Shown piece by piece: positions 1 through 9,569 of a stretch of 64,000 nucleotides of DNA. This DNA is from an uncultured Acidobacteriota bacterium (GTDB taxonomy: Bacteria; Acidobacteriota; Vicinamibacteria; Vicinamibacterales; UBA8438). The notes under the pieces were generated by a model. The model was not told where the DNA came from. It made no database searches and saw only the letters and a program-made list of their open reading frames with translations. Position 1 is the stretch's first letter. Every line of letters starts with the position of its first letter. The stretch lies in contig CAJWLU010000007.1 of NCBI GenBank assembly GCA_913043225.1, positions 81,193 to 145,192 on the forward strand, written 5' to 3'. A program made the translations under genes and the position numbers.

Positions 1-227
1 GCTAGACGGTCGCCGACGACCACCGGACCGGCAAAACCCGCCCCGATCTCGCGCTCCCACAGCACGGTGGGGCCGTCAGCCGGCCAGCTGGTGGAAAGCG
101 CGGGCCCCGTGTAGACGCCATCACGAGCCGGACCAAGAAACTGCGGCCAGTCCTGCGCCGCGAGCGCGGCTCCCGCCAGCAGCACTGCTCCAGCCAGCCC
201 AACGGCTCCCCTCTCCACCTGCTTCAT
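1..227 (-). CDS. PQQ-binding-like (BamB-type) beta-propeller protein, N-terminal part, runs off the window edge
   Basis: Not in the ORF track. Manual translation gives MKQVERGAVGLAGAVLLAGAALAAQDWPQFLGPARDGVYTG...WPADGPTVLWEREIGAGFAGPVVVGDRL: signal peptide plus the DWPQFxGP start typical of this family, with a GAGGGAGG SD upstream. Confidence 0.8.
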   Translation of the reverse strand, partial: MKQVERGAVGLAGAVLLAGAALAAQDWPQFLGPARDGVYTGPALSTSWPADGPTVLWEREIGAGFAGPVVVGDRL

Positions 228-359
228 GCCGCCTCCCTCACGATGGCTGCGATTATACGAGCGCGTCTCACCAGGGCGGTCACTTTTGCCAGAGGCCCTG
301 GCGATGACGTAGGCTGTGAGGCACCAAGCTGGCGTGATGCGCTGGCCGGGTCGCTATCG

Positions 360-1196
360 ATGACCGCACCGTCCGCTCGCCGATCCCGTGTGACGTCGCT
401 GCTGGCCCTACTGCTGGTCGCTGGCAGCGCGGCAACCGCGAGCGCACAGTATTTCCGCGAGGGCAACTTCCCCGCCCGCTGGCCGCCCCCGTCGATGCCG
501 GACCGCGACTTCGCGTTCTGCAAGCTGGCCTACACCAGCGTGCGATACGAAGAGCTCGGGATGGGGTGGCGCACCGACTACCCGTATGCGGGCATTAACT
601 TGATGTTCCGGTTCTCGGAACTGACCACGGCGTCGATCAGCACCGACCGAAGGGGAGAGCCCAATCACTGGGTCGTCACCCTGACCGATCGCGAACTCTT
701 TAACTGCCCGTTCGTCATGGCGGCCGACGTTGGCACCATCGGGCTGAACGGCGAGGAGGTCACCCGGCTCCGTGATTACCTGCTGAAGGGCGGATTCCTG
801 TGGGTCGACGACTTTTGGGGCTCGCGCGCGTGGGAGCACTGGACCTCGGAGATAGCTAGGGTGCTTCCGCCGGCCGAATATCCCATCTACGATGTCCCGC
901 TGGAACATCCGGTATTCCGCACCCTATCGTTTGTCGAGAAGGTACCGCAGATCACGGCGATCCAGTTCTGGGGCTGGAACGGAGGTAACACCTCGGAGCG
1001 TGGTGCGGACAGCGCCGAGGCGCACCTGCGCGCCATCACCGACGAGGACGGCCGCATCCTGGTCCTGATGTCGCACAACACCGACGTGGCCGACGCCTGG
1101 GAGCGCGAGGGTGAGGACCCGCGGTTCTTTGAACGCTTCTCTCCAGACGGCTACGGGCTCGGCATCAACGTGCTCCTCTACGCAATGAGCCACTGA
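360..1196 (+). CDS. DUF4159 domain secreted protein
   Basis: GW.TDYP.A..N, LRDYLLKGGFLWVDDFWG, HNTD.ADAWE and GIN..LYAMSH motifs. ATG 360 gives a signal peptide (ORF track starts at 243). Confidence 0.8.
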   Translation: MTAPSARRSRVTSLLALLLVAGSAATASAQYFREGNFPARWPPPSMPDRDFAFCKLAYTSVRYEELGMGWRTDYPYAGINLMFRFSELTTASISTDRRGEPNHWVVTLTDRELFNCPFVMAADVGTIGLNGEEVTRLRDYLLKGGFLWVDDFWGSRAWEHWTSEIARVLPPAEYPIYDVPLEHPVFRTLSFVEKVPQITAIQFWGWNGGNTSERGADSAEAHLRAITDEDGRILVLMSHNTDVADAWEREGEDPRFFERFSPDGYGLGINVLLYAMSH

Positions 1197-1266
1197 GGCA
1201 GATCTCTTCGGTCCGTCGCGACCAGCCTCGACTTGCCAGACGCCGCACGTTCGCGTCGACAACACC

Positions 1267-1737
1267 ATGGCAAACACCGACGCACGAGAGTTTCAGGAAC
1301 AGATCCTAGCGGCGGCCCGCAAGGTCCCTTTCTTTAACCTCGTGGGTCTCGAAGTGATTGAGGTTGCCCCCGGTCGCTCCACCACTCAGATGTCCTGGCG
1401 CGAAGATCTGGCCGGTCCGGGGGGACTGATTCATGGCGGCATGATCGCGTCACTGATCGATACCGGAACCGCCTATGCTCTGCTCCTGACCGACGAACTG
1501 CGCGATTCATTACTGGCCGGTCGTGGTCTAGTCACCGTTGATCTCCGGGTGAAATACCTCCGGCCAGTGGCCGCCGGCCGGATCACGTGCGTATCGACGG
1601 CCACCCGGGTCGGCCGCAAGATCATCCATACCGACGCCATCGTCACCAACGACGATGACAGAGAGGTCGCCAGAGGCGACGCGCTCTACACAACCGTCGA
1701 CGCCGGTCATGGCCTCCAACATACGTCTAGTTCCTGA
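1267..1737 (+). CDS. PaaI family (hotdog-fold) thioesterase
   Basis: HGGMIASLIDT and TVDLRVKYLRP motifs. Confidence 0.85.
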   Translation: MANTDAREFQEQILAAARKVPFFNLVGLEVIEVAPGRSTTQMSWREDLAGPGGLIHGGMIASLIDTGTAYALLLTDELRDSLLAGRGLVTVDLRVKYLRPVAAGRITCVSTATRVGRKIIHTDAIVTNDDDREVARGDALYTTVDAGHGLQHTSSS

Positions 1738-1863
1738 ACTACTCTTGGGTATTCGACGCCCAATCGTCATCCAAAGCGCTAGAACGAGCGGCGCCGACCG
1801 CCTACCCCTGGGCAGCGTCGTCAGCAAGTCGAACCGCGACGGCACCGTAGAATAGGCCCTCAC

Positions 1864-3291
1864 ATGACGACAGCCACCACCCTTGTCGACCTATCAGCCT
1901 GCGAGCTGCGCAAGGAGATCGGCCACCAGCACGTCTCGGCCCGCGAGGTCGTCGAGGTGCACCTGGCCCGGATCGAAGCCGTGAATCCGAAGCTGAACGC
2001 CATCGTCACCGTGGTCGCCGACCACGCTCGCGCGGCCGCGGCGGCCGCCGACGAGGCCCAGGCTCAGGGTCGCGACCTAGGTCTGCTACATGGCTTGCCG
2101 ATCGTGCACAAGGACCTGTTTGTGACCGCCGGTGTGCGGACGACGTTCGGCTCACCCGTGTTCGCCGACCATGTCCCGGCCGAGACAGCCCTAATCGTAC
2201 AGCGTGAGCGTGCGGCAGGAGCCATCAGCCTCGGCAAGACCAATACGCCGGAGCTTGGCGCCGGCTCGCAGACCTTTAACACCGTCTTCGGCGCCACGGC
2301 AAACCCCTACGCGATCGACCGCACCTGCGGAGGAAGCAGCGGGGGTTCGGCGGTCGCGCTAGCCACCTGTATGACGTCGCTCGCCGATGGCAGCGACCTC
2401 GGAGGATCGCTCCGCAACCCCGCCAGTTTCTGCAACGTGGTCGGCCTTCGTCCGACACCGGGCCGAGTACCGCGCTGGCCCAACCCTGCTCCGCGTTTTC
2501 CCTTCAACGTCCATGGACCAATGGGCCGCACGGTGGCCGACGTAGCGCTTCTACTGGACGCGATCTCCGGGCCGGACCCGCGCGATCCACTATCCCGGGA
2601 GTGGCCGGCCGCGCCAGTCAGCGGGCAGCTTGAACGAGACCTGACCAACGTCCGGGTGGCCTGGAGCCAGACCTTGGGCGGCCTGCCCGTGGAACCGGCC
2701 GTGCTGACGGCACTTGCGCCAGTCCGGCAACAGCTCGAAGAGCTCGGCTGCGTCACCGAAGAGGCGGAGCCCGACCTGTCGGGCGCCGACGACATCTTCG
2801 TGATCTGGCGAGCGTGGTATTTCGAGCTGGCATTCGGGGACCTGCTCGACCGGCACCGTGACCAACTCAAGGACACGGTGGTCTGGAACATCGAAGCGGG
2901 GCGTGCGCTCACCGGTCCGCAACTCGGGGCCGCCGAACGTCTCCGCACCGCGCTTGACGAACGCTGCCGCAAGTTCCAGGAGCAGTTCCCGTTTCTAGTG
3001 CTACCCGTCTGCCAAGTCGTCCCGTTCCCGATCGACCAACCCTATGTCACTCAGATCAACGACGTGGCGCTGGACACCTATCTCGACTGGATGAAATCCT
3101 GCTACCACATTAGCGTGACTGAACTGCCCGCCGTGTCGGTCCCGGCAGGCTTCACTCCAGACGGCCTCCCGGTGGGCCTGCAGGTTGTGGGTCGGCCTGG
3201 CGACGAGCTCGGTGTCCTGCAGCTGGCCCACGCCATCGAACAGGCCTCCGGCACCTCCCTGCGTCGGCCTGTGATCGAATACTCATCATGA
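1864..3291 (+). CDS. Amidase (amidase signature family)
   Basis: LHGLP..HKD, GKTNTPE, GGSSGGSA and SDLGGSLRNPA motifs. Confidence 0.92.
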   Translation: MTTATTLVDLSACELRKEIGHQHVSAREVVEVHLARIEAVNPKLNAIVTVVADHARAAAAAADEAQAQGRDLGLLHGLPIVHKDLFVTAGVRTTFGSPVFADHVPAETALIVQRERAAGAISLGKTNTPELGAGSQTFNTVFGATANPYAIDRTCGGSSGGSAVALATCMTSLADGSDLGGSLRNPASFCNVVGLRPTPGRVPRWPNPAPRFPFNVHGPMGRTVADVALLLDAISGPDPRDPLSREWPAAPVSGQLERDLTNVRVAWSQTLGGLPVEPAVLTALAPVRQQLEELGCVTEEAEPDLSGADDIFVIWRAWYFELAFGDLLDRHRDQLKDTVVWNIEAGRALTGPQLGAAERLRTALDERCRKFQEQFPFLVLPVCQVVPFPIDQPYVTQINDVALDTYLDWMKSCYHISVTELPAVSVPAGFTPDGLPVGLQVVGRPGDELGVLQLAHAIEQASGTSLRRPVIEYSS

Positions 3292-4019
3292 ACGATACGC
3301 TCTCGCTCCTGAACCGCCACCGCAGCATCCGTCACTACACCGACGACCCGCTTCTCGAGGGGGACGTACGCGCGGCGGTCGCGGCCGGTCAGCGCGCCTC
3401 GACCAGCAGTGCCATCGAGGCGTATTGCTGCATCCGTATCCGGAGCGCCGAAACCCGGCAACGGCTCGTCACCCTGACCGGGGGCCAGACGAAAGTCGCC
3501 GACGCCGCAGGATTCTTCGTCATCTGTGGCGACACCCGCCGGCACCGGTTGGCAGCTGAACGAGCCGGCCGACCGTACGACTCCCGGCTCGAGGCGTTCC
3601 TGCTCGCGGTCATCGACGCGACGCTCTTCGCCCAGAACATGGCGCTCGCCTTTGAATCGCTCGGTTACGGCTTCTGCTATGTCGGCGGGCTCCGCAACCG
3701 GCTGCCCGAAGCGAGCGAGGCCCTCGACCTGCCACGCGGCGTGTACCCGCTCTTCGGCATCTGCGTAGGCCGTCCCGCCGAAACACCGATCGAACGACCT
3801 CGATTCGCGCTCGACGATGTGCTCCACGAAGAGCGCTACCCTGACGACGCCCAGGTTCTGCGCACCCTCGACGCACACGACGAAGCGGCGGCTATTTACT
3901 ACGACAAGCGGGGGAACGAGATGCCGCGGTGGACTGAACGGATGATCGAGAAGTTCGAAACGCCGATCCGAACCCACCTCAGCAGCTACTACCGCGGCCA
4001 AGGCGCCGACCTCACCTGA
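3288..4019 (+). CDS. NfsA/Frp-type NADPH-dependent nitroreductase
   Basis: HRSIRHY, ASTSS, AQNMALAFESLGYG.CYVGGLRN motifs. ATGA overlap with the amidase gene. Confidence 0.88.
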   Translation: MNDTLSLLNRHRSIRHYTDDPLLEGDVRAAVAAGQRASTSSAIEAYCCIRIRSAETRQRLVTLTGGQTKVADAAGFFVICGDTRRHRLAAERAGRPYDSRLEAFLLAVIDATLFAQNMALAFESLGYGFCYVGGLRNRLPEASEALDLPRGVYPLFGICVGRPAETPIERPRFALDDVLHEERYPDDAQVLRTLDAHDEAAAIYYDKRGNEMPRWTERMIEKFETPIRTHLSSYYRGQGADLT

Positions 4020-4096
4020 GGGGCTCGGGATGGCGGACGCTAGACGAAAGTGATACAACGCTCCTCACGGTCCATAGGGGTCACCTCCGTACGGCA

Positions 4097-4347
4097 GCCA
4101 TCGGGCTGGCACCGGGCAGACCGTCGTGGACATTGGAGCCGGTACCTGGCGCATCACCAGATTGATAACCGAGGCGGTCGGCCCCAAGGGGCGAGTCTAT
4201 GCGATGAACATCACCCAAGAACTGCTCGGCCACGTGCACGCCGGCAAAGGCACGGTGACCGACGAGAGCAAGAAGGCGAGGGTCACACTCGCAGCCGAGA
4301 TTCCAATGGCCCAGTGCCAGTAATGTCTGATGTTTCGCAAGCGCTGA
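4097..4347 (+). pseudogene. Remnant of a class I SAM-dependent methyltransferase
   Basis: AIGLAPG[frameshift]TVVDIGAGT...EAVGPKGRVYAMNI (motif I) joined directly to a C-terminal-like HVHAGKGTV...AEIPMAQCQ*CLMFRKR*. Has a frameshift, an internal stop and an apparent central deletion. Confidence 0.7.
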
Positions 4348-4401
4348 CCGGGGGCAGAACCTCCTAGGATAGGATCCGCTGACGCACTCAGGAGAGAACT
4401 G

Positions 4402-6579
4402 ATGCAGAACCGACTGACACGGGGACTCGCCGTAACCGGCCTGCCCCTTCTGATCGCTGCCGGCGCGGCTTGGCTGTCGCCGGACGTAACCGCGCAGATG
4501 TCCATAGACGCGGACGACATCGGCGGCGTGGTCCGAAGTAACTCCGGTCCCGAGGCGGGGGTCTGGGTCATCGCCGAGACCGACGACCTCGATACTAGAT
4601 TCCGCAAGATCGTCGTGACCGACGTCCAGGGGCGTTACGTCGTGCCGGATCTCCCGACCGCCGAGTATCAGCTCTGGGTCCGAGGCTACGGCCTGGCCGA
4701 CTCGATTCCGGTACGCGGTCGTCCCGGCGCGACGGTTGACCTGCGCGCTTCCGCCGCCGCATCTCCTAAAGAAGCGGCGGAAGTCTACCCGGCCAACTAC
4801 TGGTATTCCCTGGTTGAAGTGCCACCACCCAGCGAGTTCCCAGGCACCGGCGAAAATGGCAACGGGATCTCGCCCGGAATGCGGAATCAGGCCGCCTGGA
4901 TCGACGGCTTGAAGCAGGGCTGCCAGCTCTGTCACCAGCTCGGCAACGAAGCCACCCGCGAAATCCTGAATCCGAGCAACTACGACTCGACCGAGGCTGC
5001 CTGGGCCCATCGCGTGCGGGCCGGACAGCGCGGCAGCATGATGGAAGGCTACCTGCGACGATTCGGCGAAGACCGAGCGGTGTCGATGTACGCCGAGTGG
5101 ACCGACCGGATCATGGCCGGTGAGGTGCCAGACGCGCCGCCACGGCCACAGGGCCTCGAGCGCAACGTCGTGCTCACCATGTGGGAATGGGGCGGCGAAA
5201 CCGCCTACATCCATGACGAGATCGCGACCGACAAGCGTGACCCGACGATCAACGCCGGTGGACCGATCTACGGCGTGGAGTTCGCGAACGATAAGCTGGT
5301 GTGGGTTGACCCGAACACCAACGAAGCGCACGAGGTCCACATCCCGGTGCGCGACACCCCTGGCGAAGGCGACTTCGGATCGTATATCGACCAGGAGAAC
5401 CTCGAACCCTCGATCTACTGGGGTGACGAGCTGATCTGGGACAATCCGGGCAATCCACACAACCCGATGATGGATGCCGACGGACGGATCTGGATGACCC
5501 ATCAGATTCGGGGCCCGGGCAATCCGGCCTGGTGCCGGGAAGGTTCAGCGAATCCATATGCCCAGCACTACCCGATGAACCGGGCCGCCAGGCACGCCGC
5601 CTACTACGAGCCGGCGACCGAGGACGTCGAGCTGATCGACACCTGCTTCAACACTCATCATCTCCAGTTCGGGTACGAGGATGTGGAGCGGCTCTACTTC
5701 AGCTCGGTCGGTCCGGTGATCGGCTGGCTGGACGTAGAGGTCTACGAGGAGACCGGTGACGCAGAGGCTGCCCAAGGCTGGTGCCCGATCATCGTCGACA
5801 CCAACGGCGACGGCCGGATCACCGAGTGGGTCAACCGCGCCGGCGAGCTCGACCCGACCAAGGACAAGGAGATGGGCGGGGGTTGGTATGGCATCGTGCC
5901 AGACCCGACCGCCGAGAACGTCGTCTGGGCCGCCTCGGGCGGCGTACCTGGGCAGATCGTGCGGCTCGAAGTAGGAAACAACCCGCCCGAGACCTGCATG
6001 GCCGAGTACTACCAGCCGCCGTTTGAGAACGCCGATGCTCCGATACAGGGCTACTCACCGCGGGGCATCGACATCACGACCGATGGGATCGTCTGGACGG
6101 CGCTGTCAGGCAGCGGACACATGGCCAGCTTCGACCGCAGTCAGTGCACCGTTCTCAACGGACCAACCGCGACCGGCCAGCACTGCCCGGACGGATGGAT
6201 GCTGCATGCCACCCCTGGGCCTCAGATGAAGGGGGTCACCGATCATGGCAGCGCAGACTTCCACTACTACAACTGGGTAGATCAGTACGACACCCTGGGC
6301 CTCGGGCCGAACATCCCGATCGCGACGGGCAGCACGTCGGATTCGCTCCTCGCCTTCCTCCCTGAAGACGAAGAATTCGTGATTCTTCGAGTCCCCTATC
6401 CGATGGGGTTCTACTCGCGTGGGATGGACGGCCGCATCGATGACCCGGATGCCGGCTGGAAGGGCCGTGGCGTATGGGCCGACTACGGCACCAACGCCGT
6501 CTGGCACACCGAGGGCGGCAAGGGCACGCAGAGCAATCTGGTCAAGTTCCAGATCCGGCCCGACCCGCTCGCTCACTAG
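4402..6579 (+). CDS. Secreted protein: carboxypeptidase-regulatory-like domain, monoheme cytochrome c (CQLCH) and predicted beta-propeller
   Basis: Signal peptide, GPEAGVWVIAET...WVRGYGL N-domain, CxxCH, His-rich HNPM and THHLQF motifs, DTNGDG Ca-binding-like loop. GGAGAG SD. Confidence 0.75.
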   Translation: MQNRLTRGLAVTGLPLLIAAGAAWLSPDVTAQMSIDADDIGGVVRSNSGPEAGVWVIAETDDLDTRFRKIVVTDVQGRYVVPDLPTAEYQLWVRGYGLADSIPVRGRPGATVDLRASAAASPKEAAEVYPANYWYSLVEVPPPSEFPGTGENGNGISPGMRNQAAWIDGLKQGCQLCHQLGNEATREILNPSNYDSTEAAWAHRVRAGQRGSMMEGYLRRFGEDRAVSMYAEWTDRIMAGEVPDAPPRPQGLERNVVLTMWEWGGETAYIHDEIATDKRDPTINAGGPIYGVEFANDKLVWVDPNTNEAHEVHIPVRDTPGEGDFGSYIDQENLEPSIYWGDELIWDNPGNPHNPMMDADGRIWMTHQIRGPGNPAWCREGSANPYAQHYPMNRAARHAAYYEPATEDVELIDTCFNTHHLQFGYEDVERLYFSSVGPVIGWLDVEVYEETGDAEAAQGWCPIIVDTNGDGRITEWVNRAGELDPTKDKEMGGGWYGIVPDPTAENVVWAASGGVPGQIVRLEVGNNPPETCMAEYYQPPFENADAPIQGYSPRGIDITTDGIVWTALSGSGHMASFDRSQCTVLNGPTATGQHCPDGWMLHATPGPQMKGVTDHGSADFHYYNWVDQYDTLGLGPNIPIATGSTSDSLLAFLPEDEEFVILRVPYPMGFYSRGMDGRIDDPDAGWKGRGVWADYGTNAVWHTEGGKGTQSNLVKFQIRPDPLAH

Positions 6580-6587
6580 CGCACGTC

Positions 6588-6620
6588 GGCGGAGGCGAGA
6601 CTCGACGTCTCGCCTCCGCC
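6588..6620. terminator. Perfect 14-bp stem-loop, terminator or RNA stabiliser
   Basis: GGCGGAGGCGAGAC-tcgac-GTCTCGCCTCCGCC just after the stop at 6579. No U-tract. Confidence 0.55.
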
Positions 6621-6638
6621 CCACCGGCGACGTCCTAG

Positions 6639-7823
6639 ATGGACTCCCCGCCCACGTCTCCCACTACAGCGAAGACCCACGGCACCGTCGACGATCTGGC
6701 GCTAGTGCTGGTCGGCGGTGGGGCTCGGGCTGCCTACCAAGTCGGCTTCCTCCGCGGACTGATCCGACAACATCCGCAGCTTCGTCTCCCGATCATCACC
6801 GGCAGCTCGGCCGGCGCCATCAACGCCGTCTACCTGTCCGCTCAGGTCGGTCCGCTCAAGGAAGCGATCGACGGTCTCGTGAACCTGTGGCGCGCTCAGC
6901 GGGTCGAGCAGGTGTTCCGGGTCGACACGCCATCGTTAGCCGCGCTGGTACTGCGCTGGGGAATTCGCTTGGTCTCGGGAGGCGGCGTGCTCACTCCCGA
7001 GGTCCAGGGACTACTCGACACCGCTCCGCTCCGGGAGTTCCTCGAGCGCACCCTGCAACCGAACGCGAGCGGCGAGATCGTCGGTATAGGTCGCAACATC
7101 GCGGCCCGTCGCCTACGCGCACTCGCGGTCACCACCAGCAACTACAGCACCGGCCAGTCGGTGATCTGGTTGCAAGGGGCCGACATCGAAGACTGGGAGC
7201 GGCCGAACCGCCGCAGCCGCAAAGCTACCATCACGGTCGAACACATCATGGCCTCAGCCGCCATCCCACTGTTCTTCCCGGCTGTCCGCCTCGACGATGG
7301 GTGGTATGGCGATGGAAGCATCCGGATGATGACGCCCTGCTCGCCCGCCATCCATCTGGGCGCGCGCCGTATTCTAGCCATCTCAAACAGGTACCAGCGG
7401 TCGGCTAACGAAGCGGATGAGCCGCTGATCTCGGGCTACCCCCCGCCGGCCCAGATCGCCGGTCAGCTGCTCCAAGCCATGTTCCTGGACGACCTCGATC
7501 GGGACGGGTGGAATCTGCGCCGACTGAACCAGCTCGTCGCCCCGCTGCCCCCCGAACACCGGCGCGGCCTCCACCCGGTCGAGCTTGTCATCGTCCGACC
7601 ATCCGAGGACCTAGGCCGACTGGCCCGCGCCTTTGAGCCCCAGCTACCGTTTCTCTTCCGGCACCTGACCCGCAGCCTCGGCTCCAGGGATACGGCCAGC
7701 CCGGATCTGCTGAGCCTGCTGATGTTCCAGCAGGACTACATCGAGCAACTCTTGGAGCTGGGCGAAGCGGATGCTGAACGACAGGCCGACGCGGTCGCGG
7801 AATTGCTCGCACCAGCATCCTGA
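6639..7823 (+). CDS. Patatin-like phospholipase
   Basis: GGGARAAYQ, GSSAG nucleophile elbow, ASAAIP and DGS motifs. Confidence 0.88.
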   Translation: MDSPPTSPTTAKTHGTVDDLALVLVGGGARAAYQVGFLRGLIRQHPQLRLPIITGSSAGAINAVYLSAQVGPLKEAIDGLVNLWRAQRVEQVFRVDTPSLAALVLRWGIRLVSGGGVLTPEVQGLLDTAPLREFLERTLQPNASGEIVGIGRNIAARRLRALAVTTSNYSTGQSVIWLQGADIEDWERPNRRSRKATITVEHIMASAAIPLFFPAVRLDDGWYGDGSIRMMTPCSPAIHLGARRILAISNRYQRSANEADEPLISGYPPPAQIAGQLLQAMFLDDLDRDGWNLRRLNQLVAPLPPEHRRGLHPVELVIVRPSEDLGRLARAFEPQLPFLFRHLTRSLGSRDTASPDLLSLLMFQQDYIEQLLELGEADAERQADAVAELLAPAS

Positions 7824-7849
7824 CCCGGTACCATCTAGTCACCGTGTGG

Positions 7850-8052
7850 ATGCGTGTGAGCGTCCCCGCGCTCCTGGTAGCGCTGAGCACCATGCGTGCG
7901 CTATCGGCCTAGGCCCGGTGTCGGCGCCGCTGGTCCCGTCTCCTCCGCCAATTGCCTACTCCGAGCGACCGACTGTCGGCAGACGACAGACGCGCCATCA
8001 TCGAAATCGTGAGGAAGACCAAGTGGGTGTCCCCGACTACTACTGGAACTGA
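7850..8052 (+). pseudogene. Collapsed remnant of a secreted hypothetical protein
   Basis: Signal-like start MRVSVPALLVALS..* followed closely by a C-terminus-like RLSADDRRAIIEIVRKTK[frameshift]GVPDYYWN*. Confidence 0.45.
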
Positions 8053-9569
8053 TCCGTCGCGGTCTGAGCAAATCCGCTACGGATGGCCTGCCCAGGGAAA
8101 ACGCCGTCCACCAGCGCTTCATCCCGCACCACGAACGTACCCCCTACCAGCACGTGGCGGATGCCTTCAGAGAAACGGTCGGGCGCCGCGTAAGTCGCTC
8201 GATCGATGACCGCCTCGGGATCGAACAGCGTCAGGTCAGCGTCGGCGCCCACCTGAACGCGCCCCTTGGCGCGCATCGCTGGCACGATGGTCTCGAGTCG
8301 TCGGGCCGGGAGTAGCGTCATCTTGCGAATGGCGTCCATCAGTGTCAGCACCGCGCGATCACGCACATAGTGCCCAAGGATACGGGCGAAGGTGCCGGCC
8401 CCGCGCGGGTGGGCCTGGCCGTCGCTGAACGGGATCCCGTCGCTGGCCGCGATGACATCGGGCTGACTCACGATCCACTCGTTCGTCTCTTCTTCGCGCC
8501 CGTGCGTAATCACCCATCCACCATGCTGGCGGTAGCGCTCGAACGACTCGGCCGTCAGTCGTTCGCCAGTCTCGACCCATTGCAGCCGGCCGTAAGCGTC
8601 GTCGCTCCGTCCGACCCATCCGTCGAAAAGCGCCGACTCGATGCGGCTCGCGCTGGCGGTATACGGATACGCCTCGGTCGTTATGTCAATCCCCTGGTTC
8701 ACCGCCCCCCGGATCAGACCGAGCACGTCGGGCGCAGCCTCCCCCGCGCTGCTGTTCATGTGCACGATGTGGACCGACGCGCCGGTCGTAGCAGCGTTGG
8801 CGATCACCTCCTGAAACGGCGCGATGGCACCGCCGTTCCGAAACGCGCCACTCGACCGGAGGTGGATAAAGACGGGCGCGTCTCGTTCAGCTGCGACGCC
8901 GAAGAGCTGCCAGAGCTCGCGATGACTGGCGCCCGGTGTGTAGCTAATCCCGAAGCCGAAGCCCAGACCGCCCTCGTCGAGGCCGTCCGACATCAGCCGG
9001 GCGACGCGACGAAGCTCGTCATCAGTGGCCGCCTCGTAGAGAAACGCGTCGTTGCCCCCACCCCGCCCGAGGGTGAACGTAGCGTCGCCAGCCGAGCGCG
9101 CAATCAGTCCCCCGAAGGCCTGCCGACGCGCGCCCTGGTGACTCACCGTGGCCCCGAAGTTCAGCAGCGCGCGGCCGTCACGCTCGGCGTACCACTCGGC
9201 CACCGGATACACCCCGATCTCGAGCTCCATCGCGGTCGTCACCCCGTCCCGCGCCTGGTATCGACTGCTCTCATGGTCCTGGCCATGCGCATGGAGGTCG
9301 ATGAAGCCAGGCGCCACGACCAACCCCTGCGCGTCGAGCACCTCGTCCGCGGCCGGCTGCTGGCCGGAGACCGCCACGATGCGTCCGTCCCGTATGGCGA
9401 CGTTGCGAACCTCGTCTAGACCGGTTTCTGGATCCAGCACCCGTCCGGCTGTGATGAGCAGATCGACCGGCTCGGACGGCGGTTCCCCGCATCCGGTGAC
9501 GACGCCCGTCAGCACGGCCACCGCCAGAGCCGTCCCTCGCCGCCTGCCCAGCACGTGCGCCACGCTCAC
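8040..9569 (-). CDS. Amidohydrolase, N-acyl-D-amino-acid deacylase-like, possible lipoprotein
   Basis: APGFIDLHAH, ASDG, HPRGAGTF and GADADLTLFDP motifs. GTG 9569 overlaps the DASS gene stop. VVTGC lipobox-like. Confidence 0.85.
   Translation of the reverse strand: MSVAHVLGRRRGTALAVAVLTGVVTGCGEPPSEPVDLLITAGRVLDPETGLDEVRNVAIRDGRIVAVSGQQPAADEVLDAQGLVVAPGFIDLHAHGQDHESSRYQARDGVTTAMELEIGVYPVAEWYAERDGRALLNFGATVSHQGARRQAFGGLIARSAGDATFTLGRGGGNDAFLYEAATDDELRRVARLMSDGLDEGGLGFGFGISYTPGASHRELWQLFGVAAERDAPVFIHLRSSGAFRNGGAIAPFQEVIANAATTGASVHIVHMNSSAGEAAPDVLGLIRGAVNQGIDITTEAYPYTASASRIESALFDGWVGRSDDAYGRLQWVETGERLTAESFERYRQHGGWVITHGREEETNEWIVSQPDVIAASDGIPFSDGQAHPRGAGTFARILGHYVRDRAVLTLMDAIRKMTLLPARRLETIVPAMRAKGRVQVGADADLTLFDPEAVIDRATYAAPDRFSEGIRHVLVGGTFVVRDEALVDGVFPGQAIRSGFAQTATDQFQ

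Noticed and set aside
4081..5502. Long antisense or alternate-frame ORFs (for example 4081-5502, 8370-9419, 30593-31669, 53142-54197)
   Set aside because: Shadow ORFs expected in high-GC DNA. They overlap well-supported genes and carry no motifs.
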